Below are positions 26,687 through 40,435 of a stretch of 64,000 nt of DNA, piece by piece. Below the pieces are notes generated by a model. That model did no database searches and had not been told where the DNA came from. It saw only the letters and a program-made list of their open reading frames with translations. The DNA comes from Octopus vulgaris. Lineage: Eukaryota. The stretch spans positions 56,854,001 to 56,918,000 of the forward strand of contig OX597824.1 in the NCBI GenBank assembly GCA_951406725.2, read 5' to 3'. The first letter of the stretch is position 1, and each line of letters begins with the position of its first letter. The position numbers were made by a program, and so were the translations under genes.

Positions 26687-29420
26687 TATATACAGCTGTT
26701 TAGAGTTTCGGTTATGTTTAGAGTCTTTTTGTTTTGTTTTTGTTTTTGTGAAGCTGTTTTGGGAAAGGTCAACGAAACACTGAAACGAAACCGAATATGA
26801 TTTGGTCCTATAGAATTTTGTTGGTTTTAGCTGTTTACGATTGCTATACTTGTAGCGACGCGGGTCAGGTTTCGAACTGTAATATGATGTTATTGTAAAT
26901 CCTTTTGTAATGGTAAAAGGTCACAGTATTAGGTTAGCCTGATAGAAACGGTAAGAGAGCTGCAGTTTTTTATATCTTAGTTCAATTGTCTCTGTTTCTG
27001 AGATTGAATTCTTTCAAAATTGAATTTCTTAAAAAATTAGCAATCTATGATCGACATCAATCAAAGAAGTGGGCACACTATGAAATCAATCAATTTTCGA
27101 TTCCCTATTGAAACAAGTGAAACAGTAATGGTCATTAAGACTTATAATCTCCTTCTCTTCACACACACACACACACACACACACACAGTGATCGAATAAG
27201 GATTTTCGTTGGAGGTCGTCCTTCATCAACCAGATTGATTGATCAAGGTGTTATATCCGTGACCATACCGTATTATATTCAGATACAGTGTACCTGGTGC
27301 TACATTAGCAACTTCTTTAATATGTTAAGTTGAAATTTAAAGGAGATTTAACTGTTATGTCCAGCAGATGAGTGACAATATTAAGTTTTTGAGAGGCGGC
27401 GAAGGGCAAGTTGATAGATAATCAGGTAACAGACCAAAAAGATGATCGTATGTGTCATCTTCTCACGGCAGTCTGTAACCAAAACCCCACGATAAATATT
27501 TCTCATCGGTTCAATCGTTCTAGTTCGAAGTATGAATTACATGATTGAACGTTACTGCTGTAAGCATCGACATTATTGTAAACAATTAATTAAAATTGTA
27601 AATTAGTTAACATTTTGTTGCTTTACAACTTTAAGTTCAATTTTTTCTGTGGAAAAAAATAGCATCTTGAGATTCTATTCTCTAATGCGACACTGAGATT
27701 CGGTAAACAGGTGCAAGGACTCTTAATAATACAGAAACATGTCTGGATTCTCATTGTATTTACTCACCCGCCCCTTATATTTATCACTCATCAGACTCCC
27801 CCTTTGTATTTACCAAACCTCACCCTCTCACACCACCTTGTATATCTCATTCTTCATAAAAATTGTCCTGAATGCTGATAATATTTCTGTTCATTACTGG
27901 TGTAATGTTAATTACTTTCACATTATTTTTGGTTTACTACATTTAGTTAGCCTGCAACTTAATTATTTCTTCTACATTTAGAAGGCAATCTGGGAAATTT
28001 TCCATACCATTGTATCCGAGATTGTGATTATGTAAACCAAGTTGAGTCCTCTTATAGTAAAAGTTACCATTAAGCATTCGATAAAAAAGCGTTAGATAAA
28101 ACCAATACCGGTTTGAAATACCTCCTGGGATTGGTGTAGTTGACTAAAGCTTTTCGCGGCAGATCACTGAGTGAGACTAATAAAAGAATAAGAGCATGCT
28201 CGCTCGCGTGCGCGCAAACGCATACATGTCTGTAGAGGTGATTTTGTTGGACATCCGACGAAAAATCTATCTTCTATTTTCTTTCTACGCTATGTTCCAT
28301 GTTTGTCTCCGTCTTAAGTCAAAAAGCGTTCTTGTGTATCAGTCTTTAGTCATCGTCTTCTCGGTTTTCAGTCGTAAGACATTTTTTTTTAATAACATCT
28401 TGTGTTTTAAGTCGCAAGACTTATTTTTGCTTTGTTTTATGTGAATCCATGGACTTTCCAGATGAAGGATATCAACTTCTTTTCCGAGCACCGAAATCCA
28501 AAGGATTCTGATACAAAAGTCTGCTGATGAAATGAGTTTATCTGTGTCCGTATTTTGTTCTTCCCGTTGTATACATCTTTTACAGTTATTTAACCACTTA
28601 TCCAAACTGTTCTTCCCTCGAAATCTTTTAAAAATTCCTTTAAAAAATTACTCTACTCTATATCAAAACTTTTATTCCTTCTCCCCGCTCACTATATCTG
28701 TATGTTTACTATTTCCACAGCGCTGTACGCTGTGTATATCATCCCACTACATGTAAAGAAAACTTATCATTCCACACACTCTTTTGAGAAACCATCAAAA
28801 TTTCGAAGTAATCAGGCAAGGGTGATTGCCTTAGCAACTCTAATATTAATGATTATAGTGAAAGTATGAAATAGTTTTGAAAGTCGATAATAAACATGTA
28901 GATTTAAAGTTATTAATGATTAAGTTAAGACTTAACGATAATTACATATGTTGCACTTAGGTAAGACAAACGTGCGAGCATATGAAAGCAATTTTGCGCA
29001 TGTGCATACGTATGCGTATATAGTACATATGTTTGCATCTATGTCCTATGTTGTGTTGCAGAACAGACTCTCTTATATACGTGCTCAGACTTTCACATGC
29101 AAACACACGCGCGCGCACGCACACACACAGACATACACGCACACACACGCATACATACACACGCACACACACATACGCACATTAACTGGTGTCGCTCAGG
29201 TAAAAGTTATTATGAGAATCTGATAACAATAAAATTACTGTCACTCATCATGTGACGAGTAACACTTTTGCCATTATAGTATAAATACAGTAATTATAAT
29301 ATAACTTTTATAAAGTTTTTTGGTGTTTATACAAAATGATGAAATGTATACTAATTTTAAAAAGAAATACATTTAAAACAATTTTCTCATTTGTATAACT
29401 CCTATCATAACTACTCTGAC

Positions 29421-29850
29421 ATTCCTCCTCCTCGTCCTTCCTCCTCTCCTTCCCCTCCTTCTTTCCTTCCCCTCCTCCTCTCCTTTCCCTCCTCCTCTCC
29501 TTCCCGTCCTCCTCTCCTTTCCGTCCTCCTCTCCTTCCCTTCATACTCTCTTTCCCCTCCTCCTCTCCTTCCCATCTTCCTCTTCTTTCCTTCATTCTCT
29601 CCTTCCCATCCTCCTCTCCTTCCCTTCCTCCTCTTTTTCCATCCTCCTCTCCTTTCCCTCCTCCTCCTCTTCTTCCCCTTTTCCTCTCCTTCCTTTTCTC
29701 CTTCCCCTTCTCCTCTCCTTCCTCTCTTCCTCTCATCCCTCCTCTTCACATTCCCTCCTCCCTCTCCCCTTCATACCCCTCCTTTCCTTCCTATCCTCCC
29801 TCTTCCTCCTCTCCTCTCCCACCCCTCCATCCCATTCCACCTCCTCCCTG
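29421..29850. repeat. Polypyrimidine/polypurine low-complexity tract (CCT/CT)
   Basis: Direct reading. Confidence 0.9.
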
Positions 29851-30063
29851 TCATTATGTTCTTTTATTCATTGCCTGCCAAAAAGCTTATGCATATACTC
29901 ACCCTGCGCATCTTATGTAAACTCTGTATCTCTTACTTTCTCTCCCTTTATCTATACGATGTAAACCAACCAACATATATATCGGCTATTATTATTAATG
30001 CATAACGTAGATCAATGTGAAATTTGTCAGCCTCAGCCAGATTTAAACTCGGAACGTAAAGTA

Positions 30064-31333
30064 CGAGGGGCGTTCAATAAGTAATGCCCCTGACCCACTT
30101 GCAGTTGTTTGATCTAGCTGAAAGTTTGCATGTGCACTTATTTATACCTCTATAGATTAAATGGCGAATTACAGCTCTGAACTAATTGTGGTTTCTGATA
30201 TACAGGTGTTTGAACTGAGTCAAGTGTGAAATGGAGCCTGTTGAGTGTCGAGCAGTGATCCGGTTTTTGTATTTGAAAGGACGCACACCACGGGAGACTT
30301 TTGATGAAATGAAAGTAACTTATGGTGATGATGCCCCATCATTTGACCTTGTAAAACGCTGGCATTGTGAATTCAAACATAGTCGGAACTCTGTGGAAAC
30401 AGCTCCCAGATCTGGTCGCCCCCTTTTGCCGTTGATGAGACGTCTGTCCGTCAAGTTGAGGCTGCCATTTTGGAAGGTCAACGCATAACTATTCGCCAAA
30501 TAGCCCATAAGGTCAAGATTAGTACCGGGTCTGTGGAAACTATCATTCATGACCATTTGCATATGCAAAAGGTGTCTGCCAGATGGATTTCCAGGCTGCT
30601 CACACCTTTCCAGAAGCAAGAACGCGTTGAGTACTCGAGGATGAATTTGGAGATGTGCCAAGAAGATGAGTCAAAATTTTTCAAAAGACTGATCACACAG
30701 GATAAAACCTGGGTCCATCACTATGATCCATAGACCAAAGCCCAGTCAATGCAGTGAAAGCACCGTGACTCACCTCCTCCAAAGAAGGCAAGGGTGCAGC
30801 CCTCCGCTGACAAGGTTATGCTCACAGTCTTCTAGGACCAGGACGGAGTAGTGATGACAGATTTCCTGGCAAAGGGTACCATAATTACAGGAGCCTATTA
30901 TGCTTCACTTTTGAGGAAATTAAGAGAAGCTATCAAAATCAAGAGGCGGGGCAAGATCAGCAAAGGCATCCTCCTCCTGCAGGACAACGCTCCGGTCCAC
31001 AACTCGCGTGTCGCCAGATCAGAAGCACAGGCGTGCAGCTATGAACTCCTCCCTTTTCACCCTCTGATTTTCACCTCTTCCCAGCCATGAAGTTGATTTT
31101 GAAAGGAAAGCGTTTCCCAGATGATGCAGCCTTGATTTCTGAAGTCACGTCGTGGTTGGAGGACCAAGCTGGGGTCTTCTACAAAAGCGGTCTCCAGAGC
31201 TGTATCAAACGATGGGAGAAATGCATAACTCTGGGTAGTTCCTATGTAGGAAAAGACTAATAACTGTGCCAAGTTTCGTTGCTCTACTGCTATGGGAAGT
31301 GGGTCAGGGGCATTACTTATTGAACGCCCCTCG
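30064..31333 (+). mobile_element. Full-length mariner (DD34D) element with ~37-bp TIRs and TA target duplication
   Basis: ta|cgaggggcgttcaataagtaatgcccctgacccactt ... aagtgggtcaggggcattacttattgaacgcccctcg|ta. Confidence 0.95.
30231..31260 (+). pseudogene. Mariner transposase with frameshifts and stops
   Basis: MEPVECRAVIRFL..., VSARWISRLLT, ITQDKTWVHHYDP, LLQDNAPVH, PSDFHLF. Confidence 0.9.
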
Positions 31334-32679
31334 TAACGTAACCAGACACTCAAAAAGTTATTTTACACCTCCATCTCTACCAATTTTGTCTTACAGACTC
31401 CAATACCGAGCGCTTACATTGATGCAAGACCACCACAACTTTTGAAAAATGTTTTATAGGCATTAGGATTTCTTTGATATTTACTTTATCAACTATGGAC
31501 AGAATCTAAATCTTATAAAAGACACATTGGCTGACGGTCTGCCGATTTTAACAATCTGTTGCCATATCAACTTTAATATTATTGAAACCGTAAGTCTTTA
31601 CCAATGATCGCAAGGTTTTTGTTTACATTCTTCAACTTAAAAGGGAATTGTTAATAATTAAGATATTTTTGCGTGCATCGTTCAGTAAATTACCTTTTAA
31701 TTAAATTATGAAATAGTTTCATTGTATTCTAAACGTGTGTTGGTATGGGAAATAAATTTAGCAGCTTTAGCACGTATGGTAACAAAGTACGATCATAATT
31801 TTAAAAAATTGAAAGAGAAAATTTATAATTATTAAATCAGATGGAAAATATGAAAGAACCATAATATAATATCTAAACTGAAAGGAATAGAAATAGTTTC
31901 ACAATTTACTACAATGGAATAATCAATTTGTGACGTCTAAAAGTTTCCATTGTATTGAGGCGATTTCATTTACCTGCAATGTAACCTTAAAATGATGTTT
32001 TTCTTATCTTCAGACTGCCTCGTGGATTAAAATACATATTTAGATAATCTCTTCAATTCTGTTAATGTGTATTTGTATAAAGGGTCCAGGAAGTAAGCGA
32101 TGAAAAGAGGACTTTATACACACTCATGCACACATACATATAGACACACACGCACACGCGCACACACACATGCATGCACGCACACACACATAAATATATG
32201 TAGATACAATGTGTATATGCATACAAACGACATACATGTGTGTGCGTGTATATATCTTTTTCTCACCTGTGTGTATGTGTGGTGTGTGAGCATATATGTA
32301 TTATGTATGTATGTAAATATGCATATATTATGCAAATATGTATATATATGTAAATATGCATATATATGTGTATATATATATCATTGTTTGAGATCAACAC
32401 ATCTTTCAGCGAATACCAGCAATTTCGTGGTTCCTGGGGTCATACCGATATATACCTGCCAGCTCTCTCGATAATAAATACCCGCCTTCCACTTTTTCAT
32501 ATTGCAAGCTGTTTTCAACAATAATTTTTACGGTAACATATCACAGAATTGAAGAGATTATCTAAATATGTATTTTAATCCACGAGGCAGTCTGAAGATA
32601 AGAAAAACATCATTTTAAGATTACATTCCTAAACTGTACGTGGAATATGAAATTGCATTACAAAGGTAAACCTATATAT

Positions 32680-32717
32680 CATACATACATACATGCATAC
32701 ATACATGCATACATACA

Positions 32718-32751
<34 letters not shown>

Positions 32752-32945
32752 CATACATACATACATGCATACATACACACATACATACAGACATACATAC
32801 ACACATACATACACACATACATACATACATATATACATACATACATACATACATACATGCATACATGCATACATACATACAGACATACATACACACATAC
32901 ATACATACACACATACATACATACATACATACATACATACATACA

Positions 32946-33024
<79 letters not shown>
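32680..33024. repeat. (ATAC)n + (TA)n microsatellite
   Basis: Direct reading. Confidence 0.95.
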
Positions 33025-33026
<2 letters not shown>

Positions 33027-33078
33027 GAAAAATCAAGTCAAGATAGAAAATGCTAAAATAATTTTATAAAGAACATTT

Positions 33079-33115
33079 CAGTACCGGTTTCAGTCATTTG
33101 AGACCTTTTCAACTG
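33079..33115 (-). ncRNA. Minimal hammerhead motif, U3:A8 variant, in a PLE-like terminal fragment
   Basis: Minus: cag-TTGAAAA-ggtc-tcaaat-gact-GAAA-ccgg-TA-ctg. Confidence 0.65.
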
Positions 33116-33333
33116 TAACGATTAAATAATTAAATTTAGAAAAATTAAAAGAAAAGTTTTTTTAAAAGAATATTTGTATAGTGTTCAAATATAAGTGGCA
33201 TTTTCCTTGTTTCTGCCGTTCTCTGTCTCTCTTGTTTACACTTGTAGGTTCGAGGTCGTTGTATATATATATATATAAACAGAATGAGATAAAAATCCAA
33301 GGCTGTGACAGATTTCAGAACATTTATAAATAG

Positions 33334-33381
33334 GTCTTACAGCTGTTTCTGGGATATTTTATATATCCCTTCATCGGAGAC
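33334..33381 (-). ncRNA. Minimal hammerhead motif (U4C core) in a PLE-like terminal fragment
   Basis: Minus: gtct-CCGATGA-a.gggatat-ataaa-atatccc.a-GAAA-cagctg-TA-agac. Confidence 0.75.
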
Positions 33382-35933
33382 GGTGCGAGAAAATGGTTAA
33401 GCAATAGTTATTCTAGATAAGATATGAAATAGAGAGTGAAGTGGAGGAATGATACCTGTTCTTCCTTAAATATTTGAATGGAAATTCTGAGATTTAACCT
33501 CTTTTAATAAACTATTCCCGTTGGTTGTTTGATGAAACAACTTTTGGTGCAACAGTTTTCGAGCAATAGTGTTGATACAACGATTTTTGTACAACTTTAA
33601 TGCAACAATAAGATGTGATTTGAGGAAGATTTGAGTGCTATTTTTAACAGTCCAAGCGACTACATAAAGGTCTCCGCCTTCATATCGTTGTTCTGGATTA
33701 ACAATATTCAATTGGCGACGATCAGAGCTATTAAGCGACTACGACGACCAAAAGAATGAATGAAGTTATGACATACAGTAACAGTGATGGAATAAGATCC
33801 AGGTCACTTACCGTATAAGAAATATGAAATAATCCTTAGATCCAGGTCATAAGAAGCTTATGTAATATTTTACTGAGCTGTGACCTGTGATTCTTTATGG
33901 CTGTCAAAGAAGCCCAAAGAGCCCAGGTATTACGATACCATTCTACAGCAGAGCCGAGGAAATTACATTTAAATTACAATACCACCGGGTTGACAGAAAG
34001 AATACTTCACGGTATTTGTTCTAGTTGTTTGCTTCCTGAGTTCAAATTCTGTTGTGGCCAGCATGGACAAGTAGACTTAATCCGTTGCTCGCTTTTACAC
34101 CACCCACTGGCACATGGGTATCTGATAAAGATACCAAGTATTCAGGCCACGTCTTCAGCTTAAAGATACTTTCCTCTCTCCTCCATAGAGTCTCGGAGTT
34201 TCTATAAAGTGTCTCGGGCACCGCTGTCCCGCTTAACTCTAAAATAAAAAAAGAGGGTTTTAGATCGTAAAGTAACGTTTTAATGGTTTAATAAGGAAGA
34301 CTAGGTTGTTATTTGGGCTGACCTTCGTAGGCTCTCTCAAACTGTTGTGATTCATGCGTTTGACATTCACTTTTAACACCACTACGTTAACCTACAGGAA
34401 AAATAAAAATAAAATTCCAGTGAGTTTGAGAAGAAGGAATCGGGTTAGAGGTTGGTGCAGTACTTGGAGCATGAATACCAACCTATGGATCATGAGGAGA
34501 GAGAAGAGACAGAAGTTTAGGGTAGACTTTACCATCTTAACTGTGTTTGGCGTGAGAAATGAGGGCCATTGGCTAGTGAGATAATATCTCCTTCATGCCC
34601 AGTCAGGGATCTAGTTTCGATTTACACTTGTAGGTATTCACATGTCACATATATCGAAGGATAAGTGTCCAAAAGAAAGTTATAGGTACGAGTACCACAA
34701 CAATGAGATAATTTTGATACATCTCATGATCTTCAGTTGATCTTATTGAAACGTTGGTTCACTATTGATAGCTTCGTGAATGCAAAACCAAAGAAAACCG
34801 CACCTGTTGCTTTAGAAATTCTTTCCTTGCCGTCGTTCAAGAAGAATATCAACAGCATGAGTTCCACTAATCTCAGAGGACTCGCAATGGCCATGGGCAC
34901 AAACTCTTTCTTCAGACTAAACCAATAAAAAAATAAATAAATAAAAGAGAAGGGAAAGAAAACCCCACCTTGTGGATAAGAATATTGCAAACTATACAAG
35001 GGTTTAAAAAGTGTCATAAATATATGCAAATATAGCCTTGGTGAAAAACTTGTAAACATACAAACATAAATAATGAAATATTTTTTACAGTGTTTTTTTT
35101 TTATCTCTGTACTTGACACCAAATAATAAAAGAACTTTTAACAATGAGAGAAGTATGTATGGAATTTCCTTAGATTAAAATGGCTTCGTTTGTGAGTAGG
35201 AGTGAGGTGTGGTTCTTGAAATGAATATTTGGTGTGGCTATTAACTGAATACTTATAAATGATTTTTATTAAGTTAGTGGAACTAAGTTCAGGACATGAA
35301 ATAGTTGACTGGTAGCATGTATTGTTACAGTTAGGTGGTGTATTTTAGATTGTGGGGAGTAAATCAATGGGTTCATGAATGAAAATAGAAGAGAATAAAT
35401 AAATAAATCAGTTTAGAGCATGCGAGAAAAAAGTGGAGAGCGAAATAGTAAGAAAGAATGAGGAAGAAAAAGAAGGAATGGGAAGAAAACTAAATTATTT
35501 TCCCAGGAAATGAATAACTAAGGGAAGGGGATGGAGATGACCATTAATCTAATGTTGGAATGAATATGTTGTATTGTGTGCTCTGTGTGTGTGTGTGCGT
35601 GAGTGTGTGTGTATGCGTGTATATGCGTGTGTGTATGAATGTGTGTGAGAGCGTATGTGTATGAGTGTGCGTGAGTGCGTGTGTACGTGTGCGTGTTTGG
35701 TAAAGATATAAAAGTATACAGCTATAAACCTTTTAAGAAATCAACTTATTAAACGAAAGGCGTATATACATGCACATACATACATGCACACATTCATATG
35801 TGCATACATGCATACATATAACCCGGTGTAGAACTCAATATGCATGTTACAGAACGAAGGGTTAGTCGAGTACACAGCGGTAATAAGAAAATGAGATGAC
35901 AAAGATATAAACAATTGTCTTATGAACTTCATT

Positions 35934-36014
35934 AACTCACAGCTGTTTTCGCTATAAGATGCAGTGGACTGATACTTGAGTACCCGAGTGACGCCTTATA
36001 GCTTCATCGGAGCC
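35934..36014 (-). ncRNA. Degenerate hammerhead motif with extended stem II
   Basis: Minus: ggct-CCGATGA-a.gctataag...cttatagc-GAAA(a)-cagctg-TG-agtt; cleavage base mutated. Confidence 0.5.
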
Positions 36015-36139
36015 TCGAAAAAACGGAAAAATAAAGGAAGTCATTGCAGTGACTTAGTTTTGATATTTTCGAACAATCTTTATATCGATTTTCTTTTTTC
36101 TCTTCAGAAGGAGACATTGTTTGTGACTATCGTTTCTGT

Positions 36140-36309
36140 TTCTTGATCCTTAAACAATCCTTCTTCAGAGACATTTTGAGCGGGAAGGGCTACTCGACCA
36201 GAAAAATTTTTTAACTGAGCCCCACCTGCAAGGTCGTCATGATGGGTATACTGAGCTTCGTATATTTTACCCCAATGTCACTTTGATGGTATGCACTGCT
36301 CTCTCACTC

Positions 36310-36391
<82 letters not shown>

Positions 36392-36712
36392 TAATAATAA
36401 TAAATGCTCTGATGCAGTGCCAGGCAGTAGCTGTAATGGCTTCTGGCCTTAACTGACTGGAAGTGCTATGTGCATGTTTTTTCACGGTATAAAAGATTCG
36501 CTACAGCACATATACTGCTCAATACCACAGATTTGCTTGTCAATTGTTTGACTTTAAGCAGTTGAGCATTGTGGCTGACAATATGTGCATCTCTGATCAC
36601 GAGCCGAAATAGTAAGGATGCATCATAGCCATGTGCTGAGTGGAATTCTTTGGGGTTTTGATAATTCACCACTGGAATCATTGTTCAATATCCTTATTAA
36701 GGGACAATTGTT
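36140..36712. mobile_element. Two partial copies of the TAA-associated ~550-bp non-coding element separated by (TAA)n
   Basis: 36140-36309 matches the right end and 36403-36712 the left end of 39326-39877. Confidence 0.75.
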
Positions 36713-36738
36713 TATATTATATAATAATAATAATAATA

Positions 36739-36801
<63 letters not shown>

Positions 36802-37380
36802 TAGCTCCGAGATAAAAAACAACAACATGGACGTACACTAAGAAGCTCTCTCTACAAAACAGACTTAATCCAATAACATCGATGCAATGTAAGGAAAAGT
36901 TCGCGATACAACTGTTGGAAAAGTTCTGTTAAAGCAAAGGAGCTAAAGGATCGGTAAGATTTTTGTTAAATACAGTGTAATTTCTTTCTTAAATGTGCGA
37001 TGTCTCAATGTGACATACGCAAGACGTCGAAACCAGCACCAGGAAGCCTGGAAAATACTCCAATTACACAGTAAGTACGTAAATTGAATAATTACCTATA
37101 CATGCAACTCTCCCTACATCCATGTGCACATGCTAATATTTACAAGCAACGTAAATTATGCTTACACGACACACGTACATACTCAGAAAATAAAAGAAAA
37201 ACACGTGTCACGAGTGACGCCGAACCAAATAAAAGTAAAGCGATTTCCCCAAAACGAATATAAAATGGAGCAAATTAGTCACTCAGTTTAAAACATCACT
37301 AAACAGTTATACCCGGAAACATAGCTATAACCCCCCCCCCCCAAAAAAAACGGCACACTAAAACTGAACTCAACTCCAAA

Positions 37381-39070
37381 AATGGCATTTTAACATCATT
37401 TACTGGAATCTTACACATCTCTAATGTCTTGATAAGAAGACGAAAACTACTAACATCTAAGAAGATGCATCACCGAAAAGCGGACGTTGATCCTCTGTAC
37501 TTACCTAGGAGTAATGGGGGAAGAGGAATGTGCTATAAGATCCCCACAATAGCAATGAACAAGTACTTATTTAGTACAGAGGATTGGATGCTGCAGCTTG
37601 TGTCAAACACGAACGCAACAAAATATCACATTTCATTGTCAATGAAGCTTGCAAATTCGCAAGGGAACTCGGCATTAACTCTGAATTAGATGAAAAGGCT
37701 GAAACCGCTATCACCAAACAAGTAAAAGGGATCAGATGGACTGTAAAAAAGAACGGTCAGAAACAAATTGAAGAGCAGTGGAGCCAGAAGTCTCTGCATG
37801 GGCAGTATATATTTCGAAGTCAAAATGCTGATGTTGACCAAGCAATTCCCATCGGTGGCTGAGAAGCCCAGGACTGAAAGCAGAGACTGAAGGTTTCATA
37901 TTAGCGGAACACTAGCAAAGCTTGCTTACCCAGAACTAACAGTTCTGACCCTAAATGCAGATTCAGCGATAAATTTGATGAAACAATATATCATCTGGTC
38001 TCGGGATGTCCTGTGTTGACAGCAAATGAATACAAAAGTCGCTACGATAGGGTAGGACAGTATTTACATTGGAAAATATGTAAACACTACAAAATCAGCA
38101 CTCCTGTTTACTGGTATGAACATCATCCTGAGCCAGTCGTTGAAAGTAGGAATGTCTCTATCTTCTGAAAATTTCCAATCAACGCCGACCGAACGATCAA
38201 GGTTAATCGACCAGATAATGCCATTAAAGACAGGGAAGAAAATACTTGTAGACTAACAGATGTACGTGTTCCCACCGATAAAAATATGTACTCTTTTACT
38301 CTTTTACTTGTTTCAGTCATTTGATTGCGGCCATGCTGGAGCACCGCCTTTAATCGAGCAACTCGACCAGGGACTTATTCGTTTGTAAGCCCAGTACTTA
38401 TTCTATCGGTCTCTTTTGCCGAACCGCTAAGTAACGGGGACATAAACACACCAGCATCGGTTGTCAAGCAATGCTAGGGGGACAAACACAGACGCACAAA
38501 CACACACACGCATATATATATACATATATACGACGGGCTTCTTTCAGTTTCCGTCTACCAAATCCACTCACAAGGCTTTGGTCGGCCCGAGACTATAGTA
38601 GAAGACACTTGCCCAAGGTGTCACGCAATGGGACTGAACCCGGAACCATGTGGTTGGTAAACAAGCTACTTACCACACAGCCACTCCTGCGCCTATATAT
38701 GTAAAAGAATTTGACAAATTAAGTAAAAATAAGGACTTGGAAATTGAAATATAAAAGATGTTGCAGCTTAAAGCGAGAACTGTTCCTGTTATTGTGGGTG
38801 CCCTCGGTATAAGAATGGGATGTCAGTAACGTCTAGATAATATCCCAGGAGGATCATGTCTCAGAGAAATCAAAAAGATTGTGCTGATAAGTACTGCTCA
38901 CATCCTTATAAAAACACTATCAATTTAAATGTCTGTGTTGTATTATATGAAGATATTTCGCGACTACTCCTGCAACTTGCCCTCCCCAAGCTTTCGGTCA
39001 TACGGTAACATCTCTTAACCTTCACTCGCTCTTCGGTGAGTGATTGTAATAGACATGTAGATTAAAAGTA
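37381..39070 (+). mobile_element. 5'-truncated R4/Dong-like LINE (post-RT region, CCHC finger, RLE), decayed, with (TAA)n tail
   Basis: KMHHRKADVDPLYLPRSNGGRG, QKSLHGQY, KCRF..DETIYHLVSGC..EYK, NRPD, TVPVIVGALG; interrupted by a SINE. Confidence 0.85.
38291..38693 (-). mobile_element. Young full-length SINE (second family) inserted in the Dong LINE
   Basis: Complete head to tail; tatgta-like duplication at both flanks; nearly identical to 41773-42182. Confidence 0.9.
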
Positions 39071-39324
<254 letters not shown>

Positions 39325-39325
39325 C

Positions 39326-39877
39326 AATACCCTGATGCAGTACCAGACAGTGGCTTTCATGGCTTCTGATCTTAACTGATTGGAAGTGTTATCATGTACA
39401 TTGTTTTGTCTTGGTATAAAAGACGGGCTACTGCAAACATTCTGCTCAATACCACAGATTTGCTTGTCGATTGTTTGACCTTAACCAGTTGAGCATTCCC
39501 TTAGTGGCTGACGATAAGTACATCCCTGATCATGAGCAGAAGTAGTGGGGGAGTATTATAGCCGTGTGTTGAAAGGAATTCTTGGAGGTTTGGATAATTC
39601 ACCTTTGGAAACGTTTGGTTCGTTCAACATCCTTAAACAATCCTTATTCAGGGACCGTTTGAGCGGGATGGGCTACTCGACCAGAAGAAAATTCTAACTG
39701 GGCCCCACCTGCAAGGTCATGCTCTGTTTATCTTGATATGAGATCACCATGTCGCGCACATATGGTTGTGATGCATGTGCCTGGTGTACCCTTATCAGAC
39801 GGGTAGTCATGATGGGTATACCGGGCATCGTATATTTTACCAGTTTCACTTTGATGGCATGCACTGCTCTCTCACTC
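39326..39877. mobile_element. Full copy of a ~550-bp non-coding element bounded by (TAA)n
   Basis: aatac/gc.ctgatgcagtaccag ... gcactgctctctcactc; four copies in the window, all abutting TAA arrays. Confidence 0.75.
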
Positions 39878-39924
<47 letters not shown>

Positions 39925-39973
39925 TAATAATAATAATAATAATAATGATAATAATAATAATAATAATAATGAA

Positions 39974-40255
39974 AATGCTCTGATGCAGTACCAGACAGTG
40001 GCTCTCATGGCTTCTGATCTTAACTAATTGGAAGTGTTATCATGTATATTGTTTTGTGTTGGTATAAAAGATGGGTACAGCAAATATTCTGCTCAATACC
40101 ACAGATTTGCTTGTCAGTTGTTTGACCATAACCAGTTGAGCATTCCCTTAGTGGCTGACAATATGTGAATCTCTGATCATGTGCAGAAGTAGTGAGGAAG
40201 CATCATAGTCGTGTGTTGAAAGAAATTCTTGGAGGTTTGGATAATTCACCTTTGG

Positions 40256-40256
<1 letters not shown>
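39974..40256. mobile_element. Partial copy (left half) of the same TAA-associated element
   Basis: High similarity to 39326-39610; TAA arrays on both sides. Confidence 0.75.
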
Positions 40257-40308
<52 letters not shown>

Positions 40309-40309
40309 C

Positions 40310-40411
<102 letters not shown>

Positions 40412-40435
40412 AATAATATTAATAATGATATATAG

